DNA from: Leptospiraceae bacterium
GTDB lineage: Bacteria; Spirochaetota; Leptospiria; Leptospirales; Leptonemataceae
Assembly: GCA_040217195.1 (NCBI GenBank)
Contig: JAVJNR010000001.1
Coordinates: 64,001-128,000 of the forward strand
Length of the DNA stretch: 64,000 nt
Direction of reading: 5' to 3'
This document shows positions 48,447-57,185 of the stretch, in pieces (position 1 is the first letter of the stretch; every line of letters begins with the position of its first letter). Both the position numbers and the translations under genes were made by a program. The notes under the pieces are model-generated. The model saw only the letters and a list, made by a program, of their open reading frames with translations. It had not been told where the DNA came from and did no database searches.

Positions 48447-49199
48447 ATGAAAGAGGATTCCAGAAAGAAAAGAGCCAGTCATTTGAGACTGATTAAACCC
48501 GAGTCGGAAAACACTTCTGATGATGGACTAATTGAGGAGGAGGAAGACCGGAATTGTGAATCGCAACAAGGGGATTTTGGCCCGGGTATTGATGTTTCTA
48601 CGGGAGACTCCGGAGCAGGGTTCGGTGGCGGTACCGAAGATTCGGATGAAGTGGGTTGGTCCGGTGACACGGCGAAAAAGCGAGATGGATCCGCAACCGG
48701 ACAGGGGCTTTCGGATCTGCTAACGGATCGAGATGAAAGGGCCCTTGCCAGGTATTTAGGTACACGCGAAAGAGCTCCCACTGAGGTGCGCCAGTACCTG
48801 ACGCGCAAAGGCATCCTGAAAACCTGGCATGACTCGATTCTGGATCGACTGATGGAAATGGATCTCATAAATGAGCAACGATTCTGCTTCAATCGAATCG
48901 AGCATCGTTTGAAGTCCGGCCAGGGCCCTCGGAGGATTGAGCAGGAGCTGGGCTCCCTGGGAATCGATCGTTACGTTGCCCGGGACAGTCTGGCCTCGGT
49001 GGAAAGGCATGAATGGGAAGAAAACTGCCTTGAAGTAGCATCGGAAAAGCTGGAATCCATTATGGACCGGGAAGATAGCTACTGGAAGGTGATGCAATTT
49101 CTGAACTACCGCGGTTTCGAGTCCGTCCATATAGAGTGGGCCATAAATGCTTTGAAGGATCGTTACCCTCTCTGGGCCAAACGATTTTCCAGGGGCTAA
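48447..49199 (+). CDS. recX: Regulatory protein RecX with acidic N-terminal extension
   Basis: YLGTRER...EVRQYL, LINEQRF, GPRRIEQEL..LGI and FLNYRGF motifs. Confidence 0.88.
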   Translation: MKEDSRKKRASHLRLIKPESENTSDDGLIEEEEDRNCESQQGDFGPGIDVSTGDSGAGFGGGTEDSDEVGWSGDTAKKRDGSATGQGLSDLLTDRDERALARYLGTRERAPTEVRQYLTRKGILKTWHDSILDRLMEMDLINEQRFCFNRIEHRLKSGQGPRRIEQELGSLGIDRYVARDSLASVERHEWEENCLEVASEKLESIMDREDSYWKVMQFLNYRGFESVHIEWAINALKDRYPLWAKRFSRG

Positions 49200-49298
49200 T
49201 CACCCTCTGAAATTGACTATAAATCGTCTGGTTCTTGAATATCCCGGGATTTCAATTTGCACTCCGTCAGGGGGCCCACCGAAACCTAAAAATGTGGA

Positions 49299-49327
49299 TT
49301 GACCAGGCTTGCAAATCTATCTAAGAT
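49299..49327 (+). promoter_or_regulatory. Sigma70-type promoter TTGACC-17-TAAGAT
   Basis: Near-consensus hexamers; ATG follows 6 nt after the -10. Confidence 0.6.
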
Positions 49328-49333
49328 ACAGTT

Positions 49334-49642
49334 ATGCCAGAAAAGATTCACCATGCCGTACCTGCAGGAAAAGAAGAACCTAGAGATTCTGAGCAGGAAG
49401 AGAAAGCCACCGGATGGCTTAGAATCGTCTGGATCGTTGTCGCAGTTCTATCAGGAGCTTACATCCTGTACCCTGAACCTTCCGATCTATTTCCCATCAT
49501 AGGCTGGCTGGACGAGGGATTGGCCGCAGTTTTCCTGACAACGGCCCTGGGAAAGCTTGGAATTCGCATACCCATCCTGGATGCATTCATTCGTCGAAAA
49601 GGCCGAAAGAGTAGCAAAGCCAGCGCAAAAGATGCGAGCTAA
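49334..49642 (+). CDS. DUF1232/YkvA family membrane protein
   Basis: YILYP..SDLFPIIGWLDE motif. Confidence 0.8.
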   Translation: MPEKIHHAVPAGKEEPRDSEQEEKATGWLRIVWIVVAVLSGAYILYPEPSDLFPIIGWLDEGLAAVFLTTALGKLGIRIPILDAFIRRKGRKSSKASAKDAS

Positions 49643-49762
49643 AATACGTTGTTATTGCGGCTTCGCAGCCTGATACTCAAAGCGTTTTTGCGTACATCCG
49701 CACTGAACTCTAATATTGTTGGGGTTGAGTTTACCCCGCTTATGCAAAACCCTCACCCTGGA

Positions 49763-51052
49763 CTATCTTTGATCCATGGGAATGTAGCTTCTATGCATCT
49801 TCCCTGTGTAGACCTGGCGAGGACGAAAGCTGCGTCTTTCGGTTTCATTTCTCTGTTCCAGCCAATGCGAAAGCCAGCCGGATAATTTTCCGATTACTCG
49901 AATCACGTTATTCATTTCGGACGGTATGCCCAGCAAATGGAATATCAGAGCCGAATAAAAATCCAGATTTGGATACAGCTTCATCTCCTTGAAAAATGGA
50001 TGGCCCATTGTATACTCTTCCACTTCCAGTGCCTTACGAATCAAAGGAGACTTCATTGCATCTGGGTGGTTCTTCCTATACTCATGAAAGATTCTTCGAC
50101 TGATGGTTGCCCGGGGGTCTTCTGGCCCATAGGCAGAATGGCCCAGGCCGTTTGAGATGATTGGTTGGCCTTTCTTAATGAATCGATCGAAATACTGGTC
50201 CGGGCTTTCGGAATTCTGAATCATTTCCCGAAGAAGTACGATGGGCGGTAAATTCGCATCGGATTCTCGAGCGCCCCAGAGAGTCATGATTCCTGCATTG
50301 ATGCAGGCGAACAGGTTTGCCCGGGTGCTTGCCACAAATCGCATGGTAGTGGTTGCTACATTGTATTCATGGTCACTATAAAGAATCAGGATCTGATTCA
50401 AAACACGATCATCAGCATCGCCTACGGTGTGTGCTTCTGCCGGAACTGCAAACATCATATTCAGAAAATTCTTACAATAGGGCAACTCGTCTCGCGGATA
50501 GATCGTGGGTTGACCAACGGACTTTTTGTAGGCCCAGGCAGCCAGGGTTCGCACTTTGGCCAGGAGTCGGGTACGAACATCGACTCCTTTTTGAATATTT
50601 TCTTCAAAGCTTTGCGGATAGTAGCTGGATAGTGCCGTTACCATCGTTGCTAGAATTGCAAGAGGGTGGGCATTGCCAGGAAAGGAATCGAAAAAGTTCC
50701 GCATGGATTCATGGATCATGGAATGCTTGGACAGGGAACGGGAATATTCGTCCAGCTCAGATTGAGTGGGAAGCTCACCTTTGCTTAACAGGTAGGAAGT
50801 TTCCACAAAGCTGGAGTGATTCACCAGATCTTCTACATCGATGCCGCGGTAGAGCAGACGACCCGATTTAGAATCGATCCAGGTAATTGCACTGCGAGCA
50901 ATCGCTGTATTATGTAAATCCGGGTCGTAGGCCGAAAGCCCGGTCTTTTCCTTGAGTTCGCGGACATCAAAAAACTGGCTTCCATCGGAAGCGGTCATTA
51001 GTGGGAAGCTGAGGCTTCCGCCATCATATTTTATTTCTACCTGATCGGCCAT
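49763..51052 (-). CDS. gltA: Citrate synthase family protein (type II-like, divergent active site)
   Basis: SAITWID..GRLLYRG, AHPLA, DHE, GLGH and YPNLDFYS motifs; LWGARESDAN replaces GPxHGGAN. Confidence 0.8.
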   Translation of the reverse strand: MADQVEIKYDGGSLSFPLMTASDGSQFFDVRELKEKTGLSAYDPDLHNTAIARSAITWIDSKSGRLLYRGIDVEDLVNHSSFVETSYLLSKGELPTQSELDEYSRSLSKHSMIHESMRNFFDSFPGNAHPLAILATMVTALSSYYPQSFEENIQKGVDVRTRLLAKVRTLAAWAYKKSVGQPTIYPRDELPYCKNFLNMMFAVPAEAHTVGDADDRVLNQILILYSDHEYNVATTTMRFVASTRANLFACINAGIMTLWGARESDANLPPIVLLREMIQNSESPDQYFDRFIKKGQPIISNGLGHSAYGPEDPRATISRRIFHEYRKNHPDAMKSPLIRKALEVEEYTMGHPFFKEMKLYPNLDFYSALIFHLLGIPSEMNNVIRVIGKLSGWLSHWLEQRNETERRSFRPRQVYTGKMHRSYIPMDQR

Positions 51053-51138
51053 GATTCATGAAACCAGTCAGGAAAGCACACAGGCAAATCTTTTTTAGAG
51101 TGCCCGACCTGCAAAGCCCATCCTGTCCTTTCCAGGTC

Positions 51139-51637
51139 GGGCCAGTGTTGCGGCCCCTGGCCTTGGCAAACTTCCTGTTTGCGGGTGTTCTGTTTACGGA
51201 ACACCGGGTCCATGGACCATCCGAGGTACCCCTTTTGAAAATCCTCCTCCATGGGTTATTAAAAGGGTTGGCAGCTTGACGGACCTTCGGTCCTTGCAAA
51301 CTTCCTGTTTGCGGGTGTTCTGTTTACAGAACACCGGTTCCATGGACCATTCGAGGTACCCCTTTTAAAATCCTCCTCCATGGGTTTTCAAAAAGGGTGG
51401 CAGCTTGAGGGACCTTCGGTGCTTGCAAACTTCCTGTTTGCGGGTGTTCTGTTTACAGAACACCGGGTCCATTGACCATTCGAGGTACCCCTTTTAAAAA
51501 TCCTCCTCCATGGGTATTCAAAAGGGGTGGCAGCTGGACGGACCTTCGGTGCCTGCAAACTTCCTGTTTGCGCGGGTAGGGCCAGTGTTGCGGGCTTCGG
51601 CCGGCGTTTGCTGGTGTTCTGCCGAGGGCAACCTCGG
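51139..51637. repeat. Tandem array of three ~130-bp palindrome-rich units plus the start of a fourth
   Basis: GCAAACTTCCTGTTTGC at 51166, 51296, 51425 and 51555 (periods 130, 129, 130). Flanked by the direct repeat GGGCCAGTGTTGCGG at 51139 and 51579. Confidence 0.95.
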
Positions 51638-51879
51638 TAACTCCGTCAGAGCTACGCAAGATTCCTTTTTGCTGGTGTCAGACTCTGAAAAATAGGAGTA
51701 AAGGAACCAATCTTCAGGGAGCATTGGAAGGATTTTTCGAATGGGAAAACCGGAGTAGAAAACCGGTAACCGGGCATCCTTTGAAGCGGAAGGTATATCG
51801 GGACCGCTGGAGAGCTAGCGGGCTGGTCCCGAGATTAAGAAAAAAGACATTAGATCTCAGGGATTTGACAGGAGATGCG

Positions 51880-52041
51880 ATGACCGTTCAAAGCACCGAA
51901 ACAAAGCAGGAACTGAGGCAAACGCTGCAGGATTTTTACGGAAGGCAGATTCAAAAATAGGCAGATCTGTAGACCAATGCATGCTGCCATGTGGATAGCA
52001 TGCAAAAGTACTCCCGAATAGTGCTCGATGCAGAAAGGTGA
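51880..52041 (+). pseudogene. N-terminal relic of an arsenite-methyltransferase (ArsM/AS3MT)-like gene
   Basis: AGGAG SD; translates as MTVQSTETKQELRQTLQDFYGRQIQK*ADL*TNACCHVDS..., matching the (V)QxYYGxxxxxxxDLxTxACC N-terminal motif, with two TAG stops and truncation. Confidence 0.6.
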
Positions 52042-52052
52042 AAGTTAACGGA

Positions 52053-54026
52053 TCAGGCGGATTTCTTGAATTTCTGTTTTACCCACATTACAAACTCGGA
52101 TGTAGTCATATTGGCATGAAACTGCACTTCTGGTATTCGCTCTTCGCTGGAAGCGGCGGCCCGGGCCAGGGCTTCAGCCTCCTTATCCTGCTCTACAAGA
52201 CTAACTACTCTTAATCCACGATCTTCTCTTTCCAGGTGCTCCTCTGCGGGAAGATGAGCATCCAGTCGAACGTCTATACAGAGAAATTTTCGATTCAGTA
52301 TTCGAACCTGAAGGTTACCGTCCAGAATTCGGATAATCTCCTGAATAATGCCCCATTGAATCCAGAGGCCTTCCAGGTCCGGTAGCTTTCCGGTCAGGAT
52401 TCGTTGCATTCGGCGCATGGTCTTTCGATCATCGTGCTGTAGCAGAAAGCGAAAATGCAGGTTTTCTTCCAGGTCAGACGTTACAATCAAATCAATGTGT
52501 CGAAAGGTTTGAAATCCAGGAAAATCCACCAGGCGAATAACTGCAGAGTGCACAAGATCAAGGCTACTCTCCAGTTCCAGGTTTGGATGCACTTTCACAG
52601 TGCACGTTACTCCGCTTGTGGGAAGCACAGCGCTTAGAAAGTCCCCAACATTCACCGGCACCCGGGCTTCCGGTTCTTCCATTACTTCCAGGCGGCTCAG
52701 TTCAAGTACATCATCCAGGCTCTTTTCAAGCTCGGTTAGATGGAACTGAACACCAGCAGCTTCCTTCCTGGAAAAACCAACCTTTAACTTGGTGCGAACC
52801 TGCTCCGTGATCTCCAGTACAGGCTGCGAGATCGCCAGATGGATATGATGAAAGATCCTGGTACGAAGTTCATTCACAGATTCCATTTTCAGGCGACCCA
52901 GATCCACATCTCTCTGAAGGCCTACAAGCTGAAGTACAATGATTGCAGCTGGAAGTAGTAGAGCTACCACAGAGAAAAAACCCAGCTGTATAGCGCCCGG
53001 AACCCAGAACTGTTGGTTAATGATGGATGCCAGACCATGAATCGTAAAAAACAGGAATCCTGTAGCTATCATGAATCCGCCGGTGGATTGCTTCTCAATG
53101 AACTGGCGAAAGGTAATGTATAGTGCGTAGAAAAAAATCGGAATGTTGATTAGCTTCCAGGATAGCTCTACAATTTCTACGATTGCATTTAATCGTAGAG
53201 CGTAAAGCAACGCGGCCACAAAGGCCACTGCAATTACAGACCACCAGTAAGTTCTATAATGGGCCGGGGTTTCCAATTCGAAGTATCTAATCACAAATGG
53301 ATAGAAAAGAGCAGGGATTAAAATTCCTGAAACTGTACCGGTAATTTCCAGAACTCCATGGATGGGCAATACCCAGTGCAAGATCTCATTTTCGCACATA
53401 AAGTGAAGTGCTAGCACACCATAACCCAATCCGGAAGGCAGGTAGATTCTACCTGCTTCAACGCGAAAATGAAGCAGAATGAAGAAAATACTGGATGAGA
53501 AGAATAGAAGTGAGAAAACAAAGTTTGTAATCTGAGATTTCCAGAATACTTCCCTGGCCAGATCGGTATTCTGCACAGATAGAGGCCCCTGAAGGATACC
53601 TGCCGAGATTTTTCTGGAGCTTTCCAACCGAAGCGCAATGAAATTCAATCCTGGTTTTAGAATACTTCCCGGAATTGTCACTACAAGTGGTCTACCCGGG
53701 CTTTCTGGCCCTCCACCAATGCGAATGCCGTTTACGTACACATCCAGTCTGTCGTAGATGGGCCCGGATAAAAAGCTCAGGTTGTACCGGCCAGGCTCAA
53801 CGGTCAGTTCTTTGCGAAGCCAGATAATGTTACCGGTTTCTTTGAGGGCAGGGGCAACATTTCCTGGCAGCTTTACTACCGGCCAGGCCTCATCGTTGGG
53901 ATCCTCCATTCTGCCTGATGGAATCACTTTCCAGGGCCCCGATAAATCCAGCACCGTTCTGGCCTGCAATGTACCGGTCAGGAGCAATAATGCCACTACA
54001 AGGAAACCTTTGAGGCGCAGAAGCAT
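52053..54026 (-). CDS. Sugar-binding jelly-roll + 7TM sensor with degenerate kinase-like C-terminus
   Basis: LDLSGPWK, WLRK and VYVNGIRIG (GH2-type sugar-binding domain); 7 TM helices; LDDVLELSRLE, but no clear N/G boxes. Confidence 0.75.
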   Translation of the reverse strand: MLLRLKGFLVVALLLLTGTLQARTVLDLSGPWKVIPSGRMEDPNDEAWPVVKLPGNVAPALKETGNIIWLRKELTVEPGRYNLSFLSGPIYDRLDVYVNGIRIGGGPESPGRPLVVTIPGSILKPGLNFIALRLESSRKISAGILQGPLSVQNTDLAREVFWKSQITNFVFSLLFFSSSIFFILLHFRVEAGRIYLPSGLGYGVLALHFMCENEILHWVLPIHGVLEITGTVSGILIPALFYPFVIRYFELETPAHYRTYWWSVIAVAFVAALLYALRLNAIVEIVELSWKLINIPIFFYALYITFRQFIEKQSTGGFMIATGFLFFTIHGLASIINQQFWVPGAIQLGFFSVVALLLPAAIIVLQLVGLQRDVDLGRLKMESVNELRTRIFHHIHLAISQPVLEITEQVRTKLKVGFSRKEAAGVQFHLTELEKSLDDVLELSRLEVMEEPEARVPVNVGDFLSAVLPTSGVTCTVKVHPNLELESSLDLVHSAVIRLVDFPGFQTFRHIDLIVTSDLEENLHFRFLLQHDDRKTMRRMQRILTGKLPDLEGLWIQWGIIQEIIRILDGNLQVRILNRKFLCIDVRLDAHLPAEEHLEREDRGLRVVSLVEQDKEAEALARAAASSEERIPEVQFHANMTTSEFVMWVKQKFKKSA

Positions 54027-55996
54027 CAGGCTGCCTCCGCATGAGGTATAAAGATTTCCATGCTGGTATAAAAGCCGGGCCCACTGTCCAGTCTGAGACT
54101 GGCTCCTATACGGGCTGCAATTTCATCCACAATAGTTAATCCAATGCCGCTGCCCGCCACAGAGTGATCATCGGCTCCGCGAACAAATCGTTCAAAGATC
54201 AGTTCCTGCTGGTCCGCTGGTATTCCAGGTCCTTCATCTCGAACATTCAGGGTTATTCCACGATCATCGTTAACCAGTCGGATTTCAACATCACTTTCCG
54301 AATAGAGAAGAGCATTTTCCACAAGATGGTAAACCATTGCATGAAACAGTTCCGGATCTCCTCTAAATATAATTTCATCTGCAGAGGAGTGAACAATTAA
54401 TCTAGACTGCTTGGCCTGGGTGGCGCGAAGAGCTCTATCTGTTACTAGCTTTATCTGATCCAGCAGGTTGAAGCGAACATTCTTATCGGGATATTCATCG
54501 TTTTCCAGCTGGCTTAATAGTCTACTATCCAGTATTAGATTTTCCAGATTCGTAAGATGGCAATCCAGGTCCCGGCCGGTTTTATTCTGTGCTCTGGCAT
54601 TTTTCTTTTTTTCAGAAACAGTTCCAATCAGCTTCTTAATTCCCTCAAACAGATGCTGGAACTCCTGAGAAATATTCAAGATTGTACCGGTCTTCTTTCT
54701 TTCCAGTTGTCTAAGTTCTTTCTCCTGTTCTTTCACCGCTGCATTCAGTTGAATGATTCCGTCGGATAGCTGCAGCGCGATAAATCCCAGAAATACAGGA
54801 AATGCAAAGACCAGGATTCTGGGAGTATTGATCAGACCCAGAGTGGAAAACATGTCATTTAACACAGGAGGAATGAGGCACATGAAACCTATTCCGATAA
54901 AACGTAGCTGGTCTCTATGCGGACCATAGGTCCTCTTGAACATGGAAATACCGTAAATCAGAACTACAGTAACTCCCACCAGGTTGGAATAGATGGTTAC
55001 ATCGAACCAGAATACAGAACTGTTTTCGCCCAGGAAGGGAATGGAAATTGTAGGTATAGCGAGACCTGCATAGAAGACTTCCAGAACCTTCAAAACAAGA
55101 GGTCTTTCCCTTTCAATCCAGGAGATAAAGAAATTCAAAAATAAAATGGGCAACATAAACAGGCAGAGCAGTTCCACCTGATAGGAAAAAACAAAGTCAT
55201 CAAAGATAACGTAGCGATAGCCAGAGCGAATTAAATGGTAAAAGCCCAGGCTAAGGGTAAACAATCCCAGAAAGAGATTTTCCTTTTTTCTGGATGTGAA
55301 AATTACAAAAGAAAAGAAATACAGAGATATAAATAAAAAGAGAAAGCTAAATCCGGCCGCTACTCTGGAAGAAAGCATATTCTCCGTTAACAGTTCCCCC
55401 TGATGATCTACCCGGGGATCGTTCAAGATTCCGGCACCACCAGTGCTTCCAAATAATCGGATGGCTACAATGTTCTCTTCCTGCCAGAGGCCATAGGGAA
55501 TGGAATAGATTCGTCTGGACTCAACGTCCGGACTGAATGGCTGCACCGAGCCAGTTTTGCCCACCGGCACACCATTGAAATATACCTGGTCTGCATCCCT
55601 GACTCGTCCCAGAAACAATGCAGCATGCTCCGGGGCATCACCGGTTAGGACTATACGACAGCGAAGCCAGATTTCTCCCCGGTATCCTTTCGCGCTACTG
55701 CTATCGAAGGTAAAGGGCAGGGAGATGATCTGCCAGTGAGAATCGTTCAGTGATGGATTCTGTCCTCCGGAAAGAGGACCTTTATAGACTTTCCAGTTCC
55801 CTTTAAGCTCCAGAGCAGAACGACCATTGTAATACACCGGGCAATCGGCCTGCAGGCTCAAAATCGGGGCTAGAAATAGAATGAATGCAAGAAGGCCTGC
55901 TTTACCCACTCTACCAGTATCGGTTAAGCGAAATCCATAATTGAAACACCGGAACACTTTGTTTCGGGCAATGGCAAGATTTCCGGAGCCTATCAT
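54026..55996 (-). CDS. Sugar-binding jelly-roll + 7TM sensor histidine-kinase-like protein
   Basis: LKGNWK, DADQVYFNG and 7 TM helices; N box LVENALLYS, G1 DEGPGI, G2 GSGIGL. The H-box reads ISQEF. Confidence 0.82.
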   Translation of the reverse strand: MIGSGNLAIARNKVFRCFNYGFRLTDTGRVGKAGLLAFILFLAPILSLQADCPVYYNGRSALELKGNWKVYKGPLSGGQNPSLNDSHWQIISLPFTFDSSSAKGYRGEIWLRCRIVLTGDAPEHAALFLGRVRDADQVYFNGVPVGKTGSVQPFSPDVESRRIYSIPYGLWQEENIVAIRLFGSTGGAGILNDPRVDHQGELLTENMLSSRVAAGFSFLFLFISLYFFSFVIFTSRKKENLFLGLFTLSLGFYHLIRSGYRYVIFDDFVFSYQVELLCLFMLPILFLNFFISWIERERPLVLKVLEVFYAGLAIPTISIPFLGENSSVFWFDVTIYSNLVGVTVVLIYGISMFKRTYGPHRDQLRFIGIGFMCLIPPVLNDMFSTLGLINTPRILVFAFPVFLGFIALQLSDGIIQLNAAVKEQEKELRQLERKKTGTILNISQEFQHLFEGIKKLIGTVSEKKKNARAQNKTGRDLDCHLTNLENLILDSRLLSQLENDEYPDKNVRFNLLDQIKLVTDRALRATQAKQSRLIVHSSADEIIFRGDPELFHAMVYHLVENALLYSESDVEIRLVNDDRGITLNVRDEGPGIPADQQELIFERFVRGADDHSVAGSGIGLTIVDEIAARIGASLRLDSGPGFYTSMEIFIPHAEAA

Positions 55997-57132
55997 TTAT
56001 TCCTCATTCGACCGGTGGGTTTTATATAATCCCCTTTTCTCACCCGGTCCGGACTCTTCAATGATTCCAGCATCTGATCCAGGCTTTTTTGTCTTTCTGG
56101 AAATAAGATTTCTTCACCGTCTCCCTGGAGGATTCCCTGAACGGCACAATTTAGAGAGCCTTCGGTATGGTCACAGTTTCGAAACCTGCAATTATCCGAA
56201 GCCTCCTCCAGTTCAACAAAGGATTCCAGTAGCTCCTTTCTATCCAGATGAGCAACGCCCCATTCTTTTATTCCTGGAGTATCGATTACCATTCCTCCAT
56301 CCGGAAGAACCATCAGTATTGGATTGGTCGTAGTATGTCTTCCTTTCCTGGTGCTTTCGCTTACATCTGACGTTTTCTGAGCTCCATTACCAAAGAGTCT
56401 GTTAAATAGAGTAGATTTACCTGTACCCGAATGACCGGTGAGCAGTGTGGTTCCCCGAGTTACAACTTCCTGAAGTCTTTCCAGATCAGGTGAAGATTCA
56501 TCGGAAATTAGATCCAAAAAGTAGCAGGGGTATCCAAGTCTTCGATAGTTTAATGCAGTGAGAAAATCATAGGATTCTGCGGTAAAAGACTCCCGGTCTT
56601 CAAGAGGAGGATCAGGCTCTTTTTGCGGGTCCACCAGGTCTCGAAGCAGCTCCAGGCATTCTATACTTCCTGCGAAATCCACGGTTGCTTCGGAAAGTAA
56701 ATCGGTCTTTGTAAATGCCAGGTGAGGTTCTACATTTCCGGTTTCGCAGGCACTCAAGAACCGATCAATGAAACCCGGCCGAAGGGAGGGGTCTTTCAGT
56801 GCACACACTGCAATGGCACGGTCTACATTGGCTGCCAGTACATGGGTCTCATGAGGCGAGGAACGGGCCAGAAAACTGTCCCGGGGCAATATCTCCTCAA
56901 TTATGGCTTCTTCGGTTCCATCTTCTTCGGAATAAACGATGCGGTCCCCCACTGCCACTGGATTACGCTGATTATCCTGCTTTTCCAGACGCAGCCGGCC
57001 CCGAAGAACCGCCCGCAGCTCAGGGCTGTGTCGGGGTTCTGGAAGGATGCTGTAGTAGGCTCCAAAAATACGGCATACTATGGCTTCTTTTTGTTCAGGT
57101 TGCTCCCTGTTCCTTTGGTCTGTATCGGGCAT
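55993..57132 (-). CDS. rsgA: Ribosome small subunit-dependent GTPase A
   Basis: AVGDRI, TKTD, GHSGTGKS, GRHTTT, DTPG and zinc finger CRFRNCDH...C. Confidence 0.95.
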   Translation of the reverse strand: MPDTDQRNREQPEQKEAIVCRIFGAYYSILPEPRHSPELRAVLRGRLRLEKQDNQRNPVAVGDRIVYSEEDGTEEAIIEEILPRDSFLARSSPHETHVLAANVDRAIAVCALKDPSLRPGFIDRFLSACETGNVEPHLAFTKTDLLSEATVDFAGSIECLELLRDLVDPQKEPDPPLEDRESFTAESYDFLTALNYRRLGYPCYFLDLISDESSPDLERLQEVVTRGTTLLTGHSGTGKSTLFNRLFGNGAQKTSDVSESTRKGRHTTTNPILMVLPDGGMVIDTPGIKEWGVAHLDRKELLESFVELEEASDNCRFRNCDHTEGSLNCAVQGILQGDGEEILFPERQKSLDQMLESLKSPDRVRKGDYIKPTGRMRNK

Positions 57133-57185
57133 GCAATGGGAATTGTTCTTGTAATCCCGGCTGAGGTCATCCGAAATTTGGTCTA

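Noticed and set aside
51139..51637. CRISPR array
   Set aside because: Sequences between the recurring 17-mers are near-identical copies rather than unique spacers, the period is ~130 bp, and no cas genes are in the window.
51024..51724. Short ORFs across the 130-bp repeat array
   Set aside because: Single-base indels between units shift the frame, so the repeat is not conserved at protein level.
51958..51972. Amber read-through or recoding of the two TAG codons
   Set aside because: The frame ends at 52041 anyway, long before a methyltransferase domain, and other genes here use TAG as a normal stop. Decay is the simpler explanation.
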